Below are positions 45,791 through 59,350 of a DNA stretch of 64,000 nucleotides, piece by piece. The position numbers were made by a program, and so were the translations under genes. The notes under the pieces are model-generated. The model was not told the DNA's origin, did not search any database, and saw only the letters and a list, made by a program, of their open reading frames with translations. The stretch comes from Danionella cerebrum. Its lineage: Eukaryota. The stretch is from assembly GCA_007224835.1 (NCBI GenBank), contig SRMA01025353.1, positions 427,535 to 491,534 of the forward strand, given 5' to 3'. Each line of letters begins with the position of its first letter. Positions within the stretch are counted from its first letter, which is position 1.

Positions 45791-48700
45791 ACAATGGACG
45801 GGCTGCCCGATGTGACACCACCTCCTCCCGCTCTATAATTGTTAGTGACCCCTTTTACATCAACAATGTATTTTCATGGTAAAAAGGTCTTTTTTTTTCG
45901 CTCCCAAGTTGATTAGTACAGGAGACTGAAGCACGTCTGACCAATCACAATGCAGCTTCTTGCTAGAATACATTATCTTGTAAACATTCTGCATGGTGGA
46001 ATGATTACTACGTTTTGTGGCATCACTTGTGTGATGCCTGGCATTAAAAGCCTTGGATTGGAGTGTTGCTTAAAGTGCATGTGAAGGCAATAAGTGACTC
46101 AGCTTGTGGTTAATAGCATTACATAAGAGCACTCATAGACCCCAGCAGCTCGTCCAGGTTCTGAGGTTGACCTTTTTTGATTGAACAATTAATCCCATCA
46201 TCAATGGTCTGTTTTCTCTTTGAGAGGAATCATGTTAGATTTGGACATTTCTTCCAAAGCCAAGTCATCTTAATAGTTTATAGAGCTTCTAAACTCAAAA
46301 ATGTCACCACATCAAACCACCCTGGTTCTTATGTGCGAGGAAACCCTGATTTACTCACCGTTATCATCCTCCTACGTGTTGTCATCTCCTTCCACCTTGA
46401 ATGATTCATTGATAGTGCCTGCACTCTTTTCCCAGATCTCTGTTTATTTTATTTACCACAACAAGATGCAAAACATGGATTTGAGATGTAGATGTGAATG
46501 ACCGCTTCTTTATTTCACTTGTAGAAAGTTGGCTGCCGATTTTGCTACAAAAGGAACAAACACAAGTGATTCTTTAAAAGCGAGAGTAAAATCACAAAAG
46601 ACTTTCTAAACTAAGCCTTGAATTTGAGTCTAGAACAGGCTCTGAGATATGGGCATATACCTGAAATCACGTACAAATCACAAAGAGAGAGAGCCGCTGA
46701 GAACATGTCCAATATATTGATTAATGTGGACTTGCTTTTTGGCGTTTAAGGACGTCAAGGAAATATTTTGTTTCAATGTGAACTTGGTAAATGATTAAAG
46801 ATGTTATCCGTCTATAATTAAAGCAACAAATACTGAACCGGTGTTTAACAGGTTTTTTCACAATTAAAAAGGTAGTTTTTTTTTGTAAAAATTAAAAAAA
46901 GTTGAAAAAGAATTAATTGCAAAAATAAATTATGAGCTCATTGTTTTTTTTTGTTTTTTTTTTAAACATAGGCATTATTCATAATATGGATGGCTATGTA
47001 TGTCAGGTTGAAAAATCTTGAGATATAAGGTCAAAATTTTGTGATTCAAATTTGAAAAGTCACAAAAAATGCGATTTAAAAAAAAAAGTAAAAATTTTGA
47101 GATGCATGTCAAAAGTTTGATACAAACTGTCTAAATTGTGAGATATATAAAGTTGAACGTTTTTGAAGATTTATTTTTTTTATTATTTACAAGTGGCTTA
47201 TTTACACTCACATGAATCAAATGTTGAAATGAAAAGGACAAACAGATTGTAGCCGTAGCTAGCGGCCTTCCTGTGACTCCAACTCACTCGCTCTGGAATC
47301 TGTGGCCTCTCATGCACCCGTCATGTGGTCACATACACTGCGCTCCTCAGTTCTGAGAAAGCTTCAGAGCACACAGGAAGAAACGTGGAGGTGTGTTTGT
47401 GTGACTGTACACTGGATGTGTAGGCACTGGGTTGTGTGGTTTATTTCGTAGCTGTTCTATTAACTTCTAGCAAATGTTGGAGGAGAGCTTCAATGTTTCA
47501 GGGGAATTTAATCACAATATCTGCATGAAAGCTCTAATGTAAAGATCAGTGGATTTTTATAATTTTCGGCCAAACAAATGGACTTTAGTCCAACCCCTTG
47601 ATGTAGTGGACTGTGTGGCAGACTTATACATGAGGGAGGTGAGGTTTCGAATCCCAAATTTGTAGTCCTTTAACAACCCTCACCCTGTTCTATTCCAGTC
47701 ATCACATGGTCCTTTCTGTTCCAAATAAAAGCAAAAAATGCCCCCCTCCTTCCCAAAAAACACAAATGTATCTGTTTGTATGTGTATGTATCACTGTGCT
47801 GAAACTATGCACCCAACCTCAGATTATGTTTCTTATAACATGCACCAAGTTCTGTTTCAATACACTAAAGTGTTGCAGAGACCAAGCCTCTTGACCATTC
47901 TGATGAGCGTTATTTCAGATTGTTTGTTAATTATTGAGAAAACGTTGGTCAGAAGATGTCCTGCACAAATATCATGGAAATTGTTTGAACATAGGATAGG
48001 GGGATTAGCTTGATTTTTCTTTAATTATTTTAATAGTTGCATGTTAAATCATACCTTTCTTTGTTGAATTCTTGCTATTACCCACTAGCTTTCTCTGAAA
48101 ATTTGCTCAAACTGTTATCGTTTGCCGTTTTGAGTGTGTTTTATGAACTGAACTCGAACCAGACGAGAACAAAAACTTAAAAAAACGTTAGTTTGTCCAC
48201 CCGCTATAACAAGTGAAGGGAGATAAGCTTATTGTTAAGTTAGCTGAGGATTTCTTGGATAATAAAAAATAAAAAATCTATGTGGGCCAGATTTTTAACA
48301 GTCATGTTAAACAGATCACATTGAGTCTATAATGTCTATATCTCACACTGATGATGGTGTTCAGAGATGTTCACATGGAGCAGGAAGTGAAGGTGTTGAG
48401 GCCGTTACTCTGTATTACCAGAGTTATCTTCCTGTTTGTGGCTGCTGTTTACTTCTTTAGCTTTAGATTGTGATGATCTATATCTAAGGTGTTGTATGTT
48501 GTTGCTTATTCTCGTCATTCATTGAGGAAAATATCTTTCCTTGAGCGTAGACGCTCTACGGGATCCCCACAAATCACTGAAACTTGTCTCTTTCGGTTCG
48601 TAAGTGAATCAACAATGATCAAAAAGATAAATGCACGTTAGTTTTTCTTATTAAAAGCGACTTGTTTTGTGGTAATTCAGAAATGGTTGAACTTTGCTGC

Positions 48701-49039
48701 ATGTGAACTTTACTTACGGTGGAAATTGTCAAGTTCTTGTGGTTGAATTTGAGTTGCAAGCACATATGGTTGCGGTCTGGTGTGTGTATATCTGATAGTA
48801 GCGAGATTCGATACGACTACATCTTAACCAGGATGCACTTTCGTTTCTTTGTGTTCACTCATTATGCCTTTGGTTTCAATTAAAGTAGAAATAACGATTA
48901 TACAACACTCTCCAGTAATGGGGTGATAGTCTTTGTGCAGACTAGTCTCATTACGTTTAATGTTTGCAGAGGTTTGTTAACTCTGAAGTTTCTTGATGCC
49001 TTCCATCTTCACGTGCGACTTCATTTTGTTCTCTTTCAG

Positions 49040-49224
49040 GTGCCAGCTGGCTGATTTAAGTAATCTGTTATAAGATCGATGCATTCCGTACAAAAGCAAA
49101 GAGAAGTCATCATATCAATGCAAGAAAGCAAGATGCTGATGAGCGGTTGACGTCGGGAATAAAAACACATCGCTTCATCTGGATTGGGATGAAATGCCTG
49201 CATAGATGCAAAGTGAGACCTAAG
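49040..49224 (+). other. znf652: znf652 non-coding leader exon (5-prime UTR)
   Basis: Acceptor ttgttctctttcag|GTG at 49039/49040 and consensus donor TAAG|GTGAGC at 49224/49225. No long ORF. It lies between the CpG island and the ATG exon. Confidence 0.4.
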
Positions 49225-49439
49225 GTGAGCGCTTTGGGATTGAAAAACTGTATTTAGTTTGTCATTCATTCTTTATTGTTAAATTGGCTTGCCATAGCCA
49301 ACATATTGATATTGTGTTTAAATGTATTAATATTTTGTCTTCTTTTGAGATAAATTATTAATTCATATAAAATAAGTAGATAACTGAACTGGATCCGAGT
49401 TGGTATATCTATCTAGAAATTCTGGGAAATTGTTGAGAA

Positions 49440-49640
49440 TGCTGAAGACAACATCTCAGCTTTGGAAAATAAACAAGACACTGGGGTCTGTTTATAAAAC
49501 ACTTTAAAACATAATAAAAAAAGGAACATCATATTGTCATTGACCTCAGACTGTTTACCCTAGCTACAAAATTGTCATATCATTATCTCAGCTTAGGAAA
49601 CCATAGAGACATGGGAGTAGGTTTTTGTTACTCACTATGG
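49440..49640. repeat. Copy of the SINE-like family seen in the mvp introns (…tctcagctttggaaaataaacaagacactggggtctgtttat…ctgtttaccctagctac…tctcagcttaggaaaccatagagacatgggagtaggttt)
   Basis: Sequence similarity to 28480-28760 and 29790-30110. Confidence 0.55.
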
Positions 49641-50227
49641 AAATAGTCTAGTTTTTTGCTTGCAGTTTGTAAAAAGTGGTGTTTATGGGCTTCTTTAGTT
49701 CTGTGTTTTTCAACCAGTGAGTTTATCTGTTTTTTTTTCTTTAAAGTAATATGCAAATGCTCAGCCTATAAGAAGTGGACGGCTTTGGAGCTTTCTTTGA
49801 GAATAGTTTGTTTTTAGAGAACAATACAGATCTGCGGTGGCTAATAATTAAAAATAAAAATCTGATCATTAAAACGCATTCAAATGTGAAATTTTTAAGT
49901 GAAGTTCTTGTAAAATAAACTGAAATATAATATTCTTGATGCCACCCTTAGGGATTTGGGATTCTAAATTGGGATTTGGTTGTAAAGATTGATCAGTGTT
50001 TGTAATTTTAATCAAGGTATTTCTCTTTTTGTTTCTCGTGTGCCGCAGTGAAAGCTATGGAGGCTCGTATTGGTCTAGGATAAGTCCTCTCATCCAGTTT
50101 ATCCTTACGGTCCCTTGCCCTCCTCTCAGTCACCAGAGAGGAGGGGTACATTACCTTCAGCGCATCAGCCTCGACTGCAAGGAGGGATTCGCCTCAGACA
50201 TCTATCCGTAGGAAGCATCGACTTCCA

Positions 50228-51223
50228 ATGAAGTCCTGCCAGACACTGAGGGAAGAGGTGCCCGGCCTGGCGACTATGTCTCAAGAAGACCGGCAACTGA
50301 CTCAACCTTCCCAGACGTACTTCCATAGCACGTCCACCCCTGATTCTGAACTTTCGTCCAAACTGTACAAGAGGGAAGCTCTGGTGAAGATCATTGATAA
50401 AACGATGGGTACCAGACCAGAGATGCCCTCAGATGGAAGTCCCCACCCTGACCTGACTCAGCCATTTTACCGGGAAGGATCTAGATCATCGGGGACAAAA
50501 AGTGGAAATGGAGGGATGCTGGAAGATTCCGAAGGCGAAGATGGTGGTGGAGCGGAGGATGAATTCCAGCGTGGACAGATCATTGTGGAGGTCAACCTTA
50601 ATAACCAGACCCTGCACGTTTCCAAAGGAGAGGGAGCGACAAACCCAAGCTCTGCAGGGGACGAAAAGAGCAATAGTGAGGTGGAGGATGAGGAAGATGA
50701 CGAGGGTGAAGAGGTGGATGAAGAAGAGGACTACAGTGCTGAGGAGGATCTCGAAGAGGAGGATCCTGATCAAGATGATGATGATGATGATGAGGAGGAG
50801 GAGGAAGAGGTGAACAACAATCGTAGAACAAGAGCACAACGAACGCAGAGGGGTCGAACCGCAACCCAGCTTCAACGAAAGAGTCGCAGAGTTACTGCGG
50901 GGAGTGTAGCCATGACAACCGGTGTGACAACCAGGGGACGGAGGAGGAATGAAGAGGCACCACCCCAAAAATGCAAATCTGCCAAAGACCCCAAAAGCTC
51001 AGTGTCCTCTTCACCAGGGGGTGGAGCCAAGGGAGAGGGGGAGGAGAAAGAGACGCTGGCGTGTGAGAAATGCCCCCGGGTGTTCAACACCCGCTGGTAC
51101 CTGGAGAAGCACATGAATGTGACGCACCGGCGCATGCAGATCTGCGACAAGTGCGGGAAGAAATTTGTGCTGGAGAGTGAACTCGCTCTGCACCAGCAGA
51201 CGGACTGTGAGAGGAACATCCAG
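50228..51223 (+). CDS. znf652: znf652 coding exon 1 (the exon starts at ~50049). It includes the acidic stretch [12 protein letters not shown] and the first 1.5 C2H2 fingers ([22 protein letters not shown]; [27 protein letters not shown]).
   Basis: ATG at 50228 in a conserved context (SCQTLREE…MSQED versus human SCQELVEN…MAQED). A 9-codon uORF at 50056-50082. Donor CAG|GTGAGG at 51223/51224. Very high identity to human ZNF652 ([41 protein letters not shown]). Confidence 0.9.
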
Positions 51224-52105
51224 GTGAGGGTTTGATGTGATGGAGCTCTCGATGTTTCATTCGGCATCGATTCAACATGAGGGCGATTATGGGATCAGAA
51301 AGTCCCACTGGTAATTGTGGTGAAAATGTGAAGTTGGTAAAACTCGATAAGTTTAAGATTTTGTTTATGCAACCTCTGCTTCAAAGAAGGTTGATTTGAA
51401 CCTCGTCATTGATTTATTTATCAACAAAAAGCCAAAAACATCAATGAATTGCTCTTATTTGTGCAGAGGCAACAAGTGAAGCAGCATATGTAGCGTATAC
51501 TCTAGTTGTATTTATATATTGACTTTAGGTGAACATTTAGATGCTGATTTGTGGGTATTAAAGATCGTGACCCGGTATTAAACTTCAATATTGTTTTTAA
51601 TAATATGAAAGCCCATTTCCACCAGGCTAAATAAAAAAATAATAATGGCTTAAAGTCAAAATTGTAAATAATACAGATTTTTTTACAGATAATTTAGATT
51701 ATTTCAAGTGAAATTTCTAAGATACGAGTCAAAATTGCTTCTTTTTTTACTTTCGAGCTCAAAAATGACTTATTTATGTCCAAATTTTGACTTTGTGTTG
51801 AAAAATCTTACTGTCTATGTGAAAAAAAAAATATTTTTAAGTCAAAATTTCAAAGCCAAAAATGTGGCTTTTTTTTTCATCTCACATGAACTGCATTTCA
51901 AAAATCAGATTCAAAATTTTTATCTCTTAGAATACTTCCTAGAAAAGTCTGTAAAGGCAGATTTACCTCAAGTTTGAGCTCTCAGCTGGTGAAAATGTGC
52001 CAGCATCGGAGCTGAGCAGCAGAGGGCGACCTCATGCTTGTGTAGCTGCCGCTGTATGTACCGCTGGATGCTGTGTGTAACAGTATGTATCTGTTTGTGT
52101 CGCAG

Positions 52106-52253
52106 TGTGTGTCATGTAATAAATCCTTCAAGAAGCTGTGGTCCCTCCATGAGCATATTAAAATCGTTCATGGCTTTGCCGAGAAGAAATTTGCCTGTGA
52201 GATTTGTGAGAAGAAATTCTACACCATGGCTCATGTCCGAAAGCACATGGTTG
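52106..52253 (+). CDS. znf652: znf652 coding exon 2 ([49 protein letters not shown]-)
   Basis: Acceptor gtttgtgtcgcag|TGT. Donor GTTG|GTACGT. Near-identical to human. Confidence 0.9.
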
Positions 52254-52332
52254 GTACGTATAGTTAAATGCTCACAGACACATGAAATGTTCCCCAAGTG
52301 GAGATTTTTTGTTTTTTGGTGAATGTTTATAA

Positions 52333-52563
<231 letters not shown>

Positions 52564-53311
52564 TAGCTTCAGGTTTTTTGCTTAAAAAAGTACTAGAGAT
52601 CAATATTTTCCCTCAAACTCTATCTTTTGAATCTTTTTTTTCTCTTTGGTTCTTAAATAAAATGTACACTAGCATCAAGTTTCTACAGGAACTCATCTAG
52701 AAGGTTCCATCTCACCTAGCCTCCTACATAGCTGTTTCTCTTTCAGTTCATGACTGGGTTTCAACCTACATGTGACTGTTTGGCATTAGCAGCTGTGTAT
52801 CATGCACCGGACTATAATTCTTCCAAAGCCTTTATGCAAGTATAGCTATATGACTTAATGCTTGTCTGAAGAGAAGAGGTTCTAACACCAAATATTGTTT
52901 TAAATGAGATTTTTTAGCATTTTATCACATAATGGTATACTTAACTGGTTTCAGACGACGTTTTCTTATTAGTCACAAAGTAGATGTTTCTCAAAGCTTT
53001 GCTACACGCTCCTGTTTGTTTGACTTTTAATCATTTCGCTTGCTCCATACTCCCTTAAACGCTTTCTTTGATGCATCTTTTGAGATGAAAGAGAATTATG
53101 GGCTGTTTATAGGTCCTTTGAGGGTGGTCAAGGAGGAGCCCGTTGGTTTTGGCTGAGTGAGATTGGCCTGGTTCCTATGTATAGAGCGTTAATGACTGGG
53201 TTCTGATCCGTAATCGCCGGTTACTGCAGCCTGGTTCTGATTTAAGGTGAGGCTCAAACGGCCTCCACCCACTTGCTGTCTGTTTCTAAATCTGTGTCTC
53301 TCTTTGTGTAG

Positions 53312-53456
53312 AACTGCGACGAGAGGTTCCAGTACAAATACCAGCTCCGCTCGCACATGAGCGTTCACATAGGACACAAGCAGTTCATGTGCCAGTGGTG
53401 TGGGAAGGACTTCAACATGAAACAGTATTTCGATGAGCACATGAAGACTCACACGG
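53312..53456 (+). CDS. znf652: znf652 coding exon 4 ([49 protein letters not shown])
   Basis: Acceptor tctctttgtgtag|AAC. Donor ACGG|GTGAGG. Confidence 0.9.
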
Positions 53457-54139
53457 GTGAGGTGACGCATGCACCTGTTAAACATGTCCATAAGTATACA
53501 CACCCTGGCAAAGTTTCGATTTCTGGCCCATTTTAGTGAAGCCGTTTGTCAAACAACTGTGTTTATCCTGTCCCACTTAAAAGCCATCACATGGGAGAGT
53601 AAATGCTTTGCTGAGTTGGACAGTTTTGCTTTCTCCAGGGGAGTAAAACACCTGGTGTGGTGTTTTCTCCTCTGGATTGGAGCATTGAATGTATGTAAAT
53701 ATTTAATAGTTGTGGTTCCCACGAGTCAGTTTACATCAGTTGTGTCAGGACAAGGCGGGGTTGGACTGAAAGGGAGATGGGGGAAAGGTTTAAGAGTGAA
53801 AAGAAATATGGTATGTTCAGGTCGGTATTTTTCCAATTAAGTCCGTAGACAAAGACAAACCATGTCCGTTTGTTATAGTTCATGCAGTGTTTACACTTTT
53901 AAACCATAATGACAACAGGTCATTTTATTTTGGCCTGATACCATGCACAAAAACTAACACAGAAGGGTTTGAGCCGCTGATAAAGATAACCCTCTTCACC
54001 TCGACTTGTTTGCTTGGAATCAATAGTGAGGCGCCGACATTTCTGAATTCTGAGCACTGGGGAAAACAAAAGAGTTATCTATGGGAATTGTACAAAACAG
54101 AAAGGGGATATGAAAAAGATCAGCAAGGAACCAATCAGC

Positions 54140-54900
54140 AGTGCTCAAACTGATGAGGAAGTGGAAAGTGAGGGATTCTGGGGATTCGCATTTCTGCCAC
54201 AACTGCCAGAACAATGGTAAGGGATGCAAAGAAAAACCCACAAATAACTAAACACAGGGGCGCCCAAACAAAGGGTTGCTGTTTCAAGGAGCACAATAAG
54301 GAGACACTTAAAGAAGAATGGGTTTCATGGTTGAGATGCCAGAAGAACACCACAAATATCATGAAGTAGCTGCTTTAAATACGGCCAACAGCCACGAGAC
54401 AAGCTAGTAGCAAGTAGTTCTGAAGTTAGTAGTAGTTTCTGAAGTTATTTGGAGCAATGAGACCAAAGTTTTACTATTTGGCCACAACCATAAACGCTAC
54501 ATTTGGAGAGCAGTAAACAAACGGAACACCATCCCCACTGTGAAGCACGGGGGGATGGTTTGGTGATGTGTGAGCTCCAAAGGCACAGGAACATTGGTTG
54601 AGAAGATGAAGGCAGCATGTTCTGAAAGGATACTGATGTGCATCATCAGCCCGGAGGTCAAGTCCCTCGTCATTGGTTCCACCAGAACAAAGTGAAGGTT
54701 CTGGAATGTCCATCTCAGTCTCCTGACCTCAAGATCATTGAAGCAGTCTGGGGAGAACTCAAACGTGCAGGAGTTGGAAGCACCAAGAAGAATGGGCTGC
54801 TTGACAAACACAGAAGATAAAGAACCTCATTGACCATTACCTCAACCTCATCGACAACTACCTCCGGCTCTCACTGATGTTACAAAATGTTAAAAGCTAG
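54140..54900 (-). mobile_element. Tc1-like transposon fragment inserted in the last znf652 intron, in reverse orientation
   Basis: The plus-strand readings encode KHGGMVW.CVSSKGTGTLVEK and WFHQNKVKVLECPSQSPDLKIIEAVWGELKRA, which are transposase motifs. The tail (…agaagataaagaacctcattgaccattacctcaacctcatcgacaactacctc) is shared with 31264-31330 and 32466-32530. Confidence 0.6.
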
Positions 54901-55141
54901 GGTGTGTAAACCCTTGATCAGGCTCATTTGCAAAGTTTCTGTAGTTATTTTAATTTATAAAGAGTAAACCGTTTTTAACAATAAATGGCTTCACAAAACC
55001 ACTAACTAAGAGTTGTGAAAAAACTTTGTATTCTCATTCATATTTTCAGAAAAATGGCTGTGGTTCTAGAAATAATGTCAAGTTTAACCTTGTGGGACCC
55101 CGGTTGCTCTCTCTAATAGCACCCCACTTCCTGTTACTTGA

Positions 55142-55687
<546 letters not shown>

Positions 55688-58289
55688 ACTGAACCGGGAA
55701 TGTCATTCTCACATGAAAGCAGGAACTCGTTCACGTGAGTGTGTTTGACCGAACTGGTAGTATCTACTTGCCACTTGTGCTCGTGACCAAACAGGATTGA
55801 TTGTTCGTTGTGGAAACAGACGCAAATCTTCGAAAGCATTACTTTGGTTGACTCCACCTCACGTCAAACTCTCAAGACGACGTGCCATTGGGATTCCGGT
55901 GACACAAACACTCTGTCAACTCAGCTGCTCAAGGTTCAACGGGTTCAAACGTTCACAAGGTCTACATTTCAAAATGCAGTGTGTTCTCTTCAGAAAAGCA
56001 GGTCTTTCCATGAGTAGTAGACGTAGAGGTCAGAACTTCAGTCAAACTCTCTGTCGCCTCATTCAGTTTGTATTCCAATGATTTCTTTATATATAAACGA
56101 ACGTATTCTGGTGTAGCTCTTCGATGAGCTCCTCGGAGCCTGAGACTGTTAAGGAAGACCAATGCTGTGATGTGTCAAAGGACGAGAAACCGCATTCGTT
56201 TTACCGTGAGCTAACTCACTTAACCTATATTTTATTTGTATAATCTAAATGAACTTGCTCTGTGAGTCTTTTTAATCAGCGGCTACGTTTGTGGAGGTGA
56301 CACATGTTGTTGTTGAGAGTGTCTGGAGTCATTTATTCAACTGAATGTAGGAGGTGTGTGTTTGTGACTGATAATACGCCTGTGGTGCTGGTATCAAAAG
56401 CTGCTTTTTAGTCCCTCTGTCTCTTGTAAATGATTTTTATCACGAGGATGATAAGTCGGCGTGAGCGATGAATGTTAGAATGGCTATGTATTAACAAAGT
56501 TAACGTGATCGAGAGCCTTGAGTCAATCAGACTCTATTGATTATTGGTTTTGATTGTAATGATTTGTTGTCTCTCGTTAGATCAATCCTCTGCACTTTAC
56601 TGCCAAGTAAGGGGTTTGCGCAACTGACAAAAATGTGTATCACGTGTTTCACATGAAAAGCATCATGGGTCTCTTTCTGTAAGTGACATCTGTTTATCCC
56701 TTTAGAGTATATTTGTGTCCCTTTATGGAACTCAGATGCTTTTTTTTCGATGCGTTTTCTTTTTCTCTATCAGGCGATAGAATGCACTTTCTAATAAAAC
56801 CTTGCTAGATATAGAAATGGTAAGCGGATCATACCATGCTTATTTTCGTGAGGAGCCTCCTTCAGGCTCTCGACTGCAGAAGTTTATTTTTAGCATCGTG
56901 TCTGGTACCTCTGACCTTCTTTGAATTCTGTTTTATACGGTTTTCCTGTTTTTGAGATGCTCTGTGTTGCTCTGTCTTTTACATTGTTCATTTAACACTG
57001 CTAACTTTAAAGAAGTAAAGATGAAATGGCCACAAGCACAAATCATGTGTGTGTGTTCTATATCTGCATTGTTGACTGTTTGAGAGAGATATACAACAGT
57101 TTTGGCAAAATTATCTTGAATTTCGTTTATAAATCTTCAGTTGTCTAGATGAGAAATGTCAGTTAAATATATCATGTAGGAGACAAACACGGTAAAATTT
57201 GAAAAGTGAAAAAGTTTTGTGCCATTTCACCATGCATAGCGCACCCTTTGTTTTGCTCAAATGGATATTTTAATTTCATCAATCCACAGCACCTTATTCC
57301 AAAATGATGCTTGCTCGTCCAAATGTGCTTTAGCATTTCTCAAGCGACACAGTTTGGGGTGTGTGCAGAGAAAAGGCTTTTACCTCATTACTTGTCAATG
57401 ATCTAATTGTGTAACGTGCACCATCTGCAGCAAGATTATGGTCTGTGGGTTGTCTGTAACTTTACTTTTGCTTATCTGCGATGTCTGCTAATCTTTTTTT
57501 ATTGGTTTGCCATTTCTGGCCTTAACTAAAACGGTGAATTCTGGTCTTCCAATTCCGCACAATGTTCCTCACAGTTGAAACTTGGAGCTTAAAATCTCTT
57601 TTAGTGTTCTGTATCGTTGCTTTCAGCCCATCTGAAATAGTTGGTTTTGAGGATCTCTATACCTATTTTTGTTTAAGTAATTCTTACACACTTTCCATAC
57701 ATCATGTAAACTATATTTTATTTCTCAAATATCAGTGTGTGTGTGCGTGTGTGTGTCTCCTGTATAAATTAAACTTTTTTAAATCTAATAATTATTTCTA
57801 AAGGAAAATCTGGAAAATGTAAAGTTGGGATACAACTTTAGTAAATATGTAAAATACTGTGTCTAGCATGTTTGATAATACTCCTTAAAATTTGTGGCTT
57901 TGTTTAAAAAAGCTCCTCATTTAACTTTTAGCGTTTTAAGACTTGCACATTTGAAAGGTCGACTATTTATCTATTGATGCGAAAAAATATAAATACACAC
58001 GTGAGAGAATGCTGAATAGACAAGTTTGGCTGACCTTGTTAAAAGGCTCAGTCCCCAAGCGACCGTTACCTCGTGTATAGATATGAAGTCTATTCAGCAG
58101 TTCTCCGGGTTTCGTACGGTAGCGTTTTGATTAAAAGCTGTTTAGGAAAATAAATCAAATTCAATATTAAAATTTCCGTTTTTCCCAAACATTCCTATTT
58201 TTATAATGCTACAGTTGCACAGGGGTTTAAAATCGAGTTTAGGACGACGTTTCTTATTTGGAGATTATGGGCGTGGTTGTGATTAAAGA

Positions 58290-58425
58290 GGCGGGGTCCC
58301 ATCATGTACGTCACATTCGCTATGACAAGATCTGCGGCGTCTTTTAAAGTCCCCAGCGCCGTTAAACCGCCGCAGAGAACAGCCGCCGGTGGTGATGGAC
58401 ACATGACCCGAAGATCTAACTCCAG
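58290..58425 (+). other. phospho1: phospho1 non-coding first exon (5-prime UTR) with a GC box (gaggcgggg) immediately upstream
   Basis: CpG-containing segment. Consensus donor CCAG|GTATTT at 58425/58426. It contains short uORFs (ATGTACGTCACATTCGCTATGACAAGATCTGCGGCGTCTTTTTAA). None is in frame with the main ORF after splicing to 59302. Confidence 0.35.
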
Positions 58426-59350
58426 GTATTTCTCTCTGTAACTCTCATTCATGCTTTATTTTGTACAAAGTGTTCTGAAATAAGAATTGTTATGTTGCAT
58501 CTCATGCATTGTAATAATGGTCTTTAAATGAAAGCAAGGTCATATTCTTCTGCTGAAAGTGGTATTTTGGTGAATGCAAAGGTGTTTTTCTGTTATGGGA
58601 TTGAGACCTTTAGGTGAATTCTGAAAGAACTAAAACTACTGACCTGGATGCAAAGGCTCACAGTCTCAGAGCAGCTTTTCTAAGTAGCAATTATTCACTG
58701 AACACTACAAAAATAGCCTTAAAGGGAACATTTACACAAAAATCTCATCTTTGAGAATATAATTAACGACTGGTGCATTTTTTTTCTACACAAGAACAGT
58801 CAAAAATAATCAGTACTATCATCATATTTTTTTAAATGCACTTTTTGAAACTTTTGTACATTACAAAAAAATTTCCCTTCTGCATAAAACTTTTTTTGCC
58901 TAAAAAGTGCTTAGATCCTTAGAAGTGCTTAGAGTCCATTCTGGGTCTGATCCAGGAAAGCAAATATCTCTGGATGGTCCTTAAAATCAAGTGTCTGTGA
59001 TATGACCTTCTCTCAAACTGCAAATTTAAGTGATTTTAATTTTCCGCACAAACTAGACTTTGAGTGGCACAATGTGTGCACTGGTTTGTTAATAAGCAGC
59101 TGAACCCTAAAACCCTGGACTCTCCAAATGCCTTGGTTTATGCTTGTACTGTGCATGAGCGAGGTTAGAACACCAGTCTATGGGCATCTTCAACTTTGTG
59201 TAAACAGAATATTCTTCTGTTCAGCTATAGCTTAAAAGTTCATGACTTGGTTGCTTTCATAAAGTCATGAACTGCTCTCACTGACAATCTTTGACTTGCA
59301 GACGAAGAGCAGAAACCTGAGCTGTGGTCCGGTCTCTCTTTGAGTAAACG

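Noticed and set aside
47240-47420. GC-richer island inside znf652 intron 1 (…tagcggccttcctgtgactccaactcactcgctctgg…)
   Set aside because: Could not connect it to any exon, ORF or recognisable motif. Left unannotated rather than guessed.
50467-51308. Several minus-strand ORFs (His/Pro/Leu-rich, up to 160 aa) overlapping znf652 exon 1
   Set aside because: They are antisense artefacts of the GA/GAG-rich acidic-tract DNA. The plus-strand frame has unambiguous ZNF652 homology.
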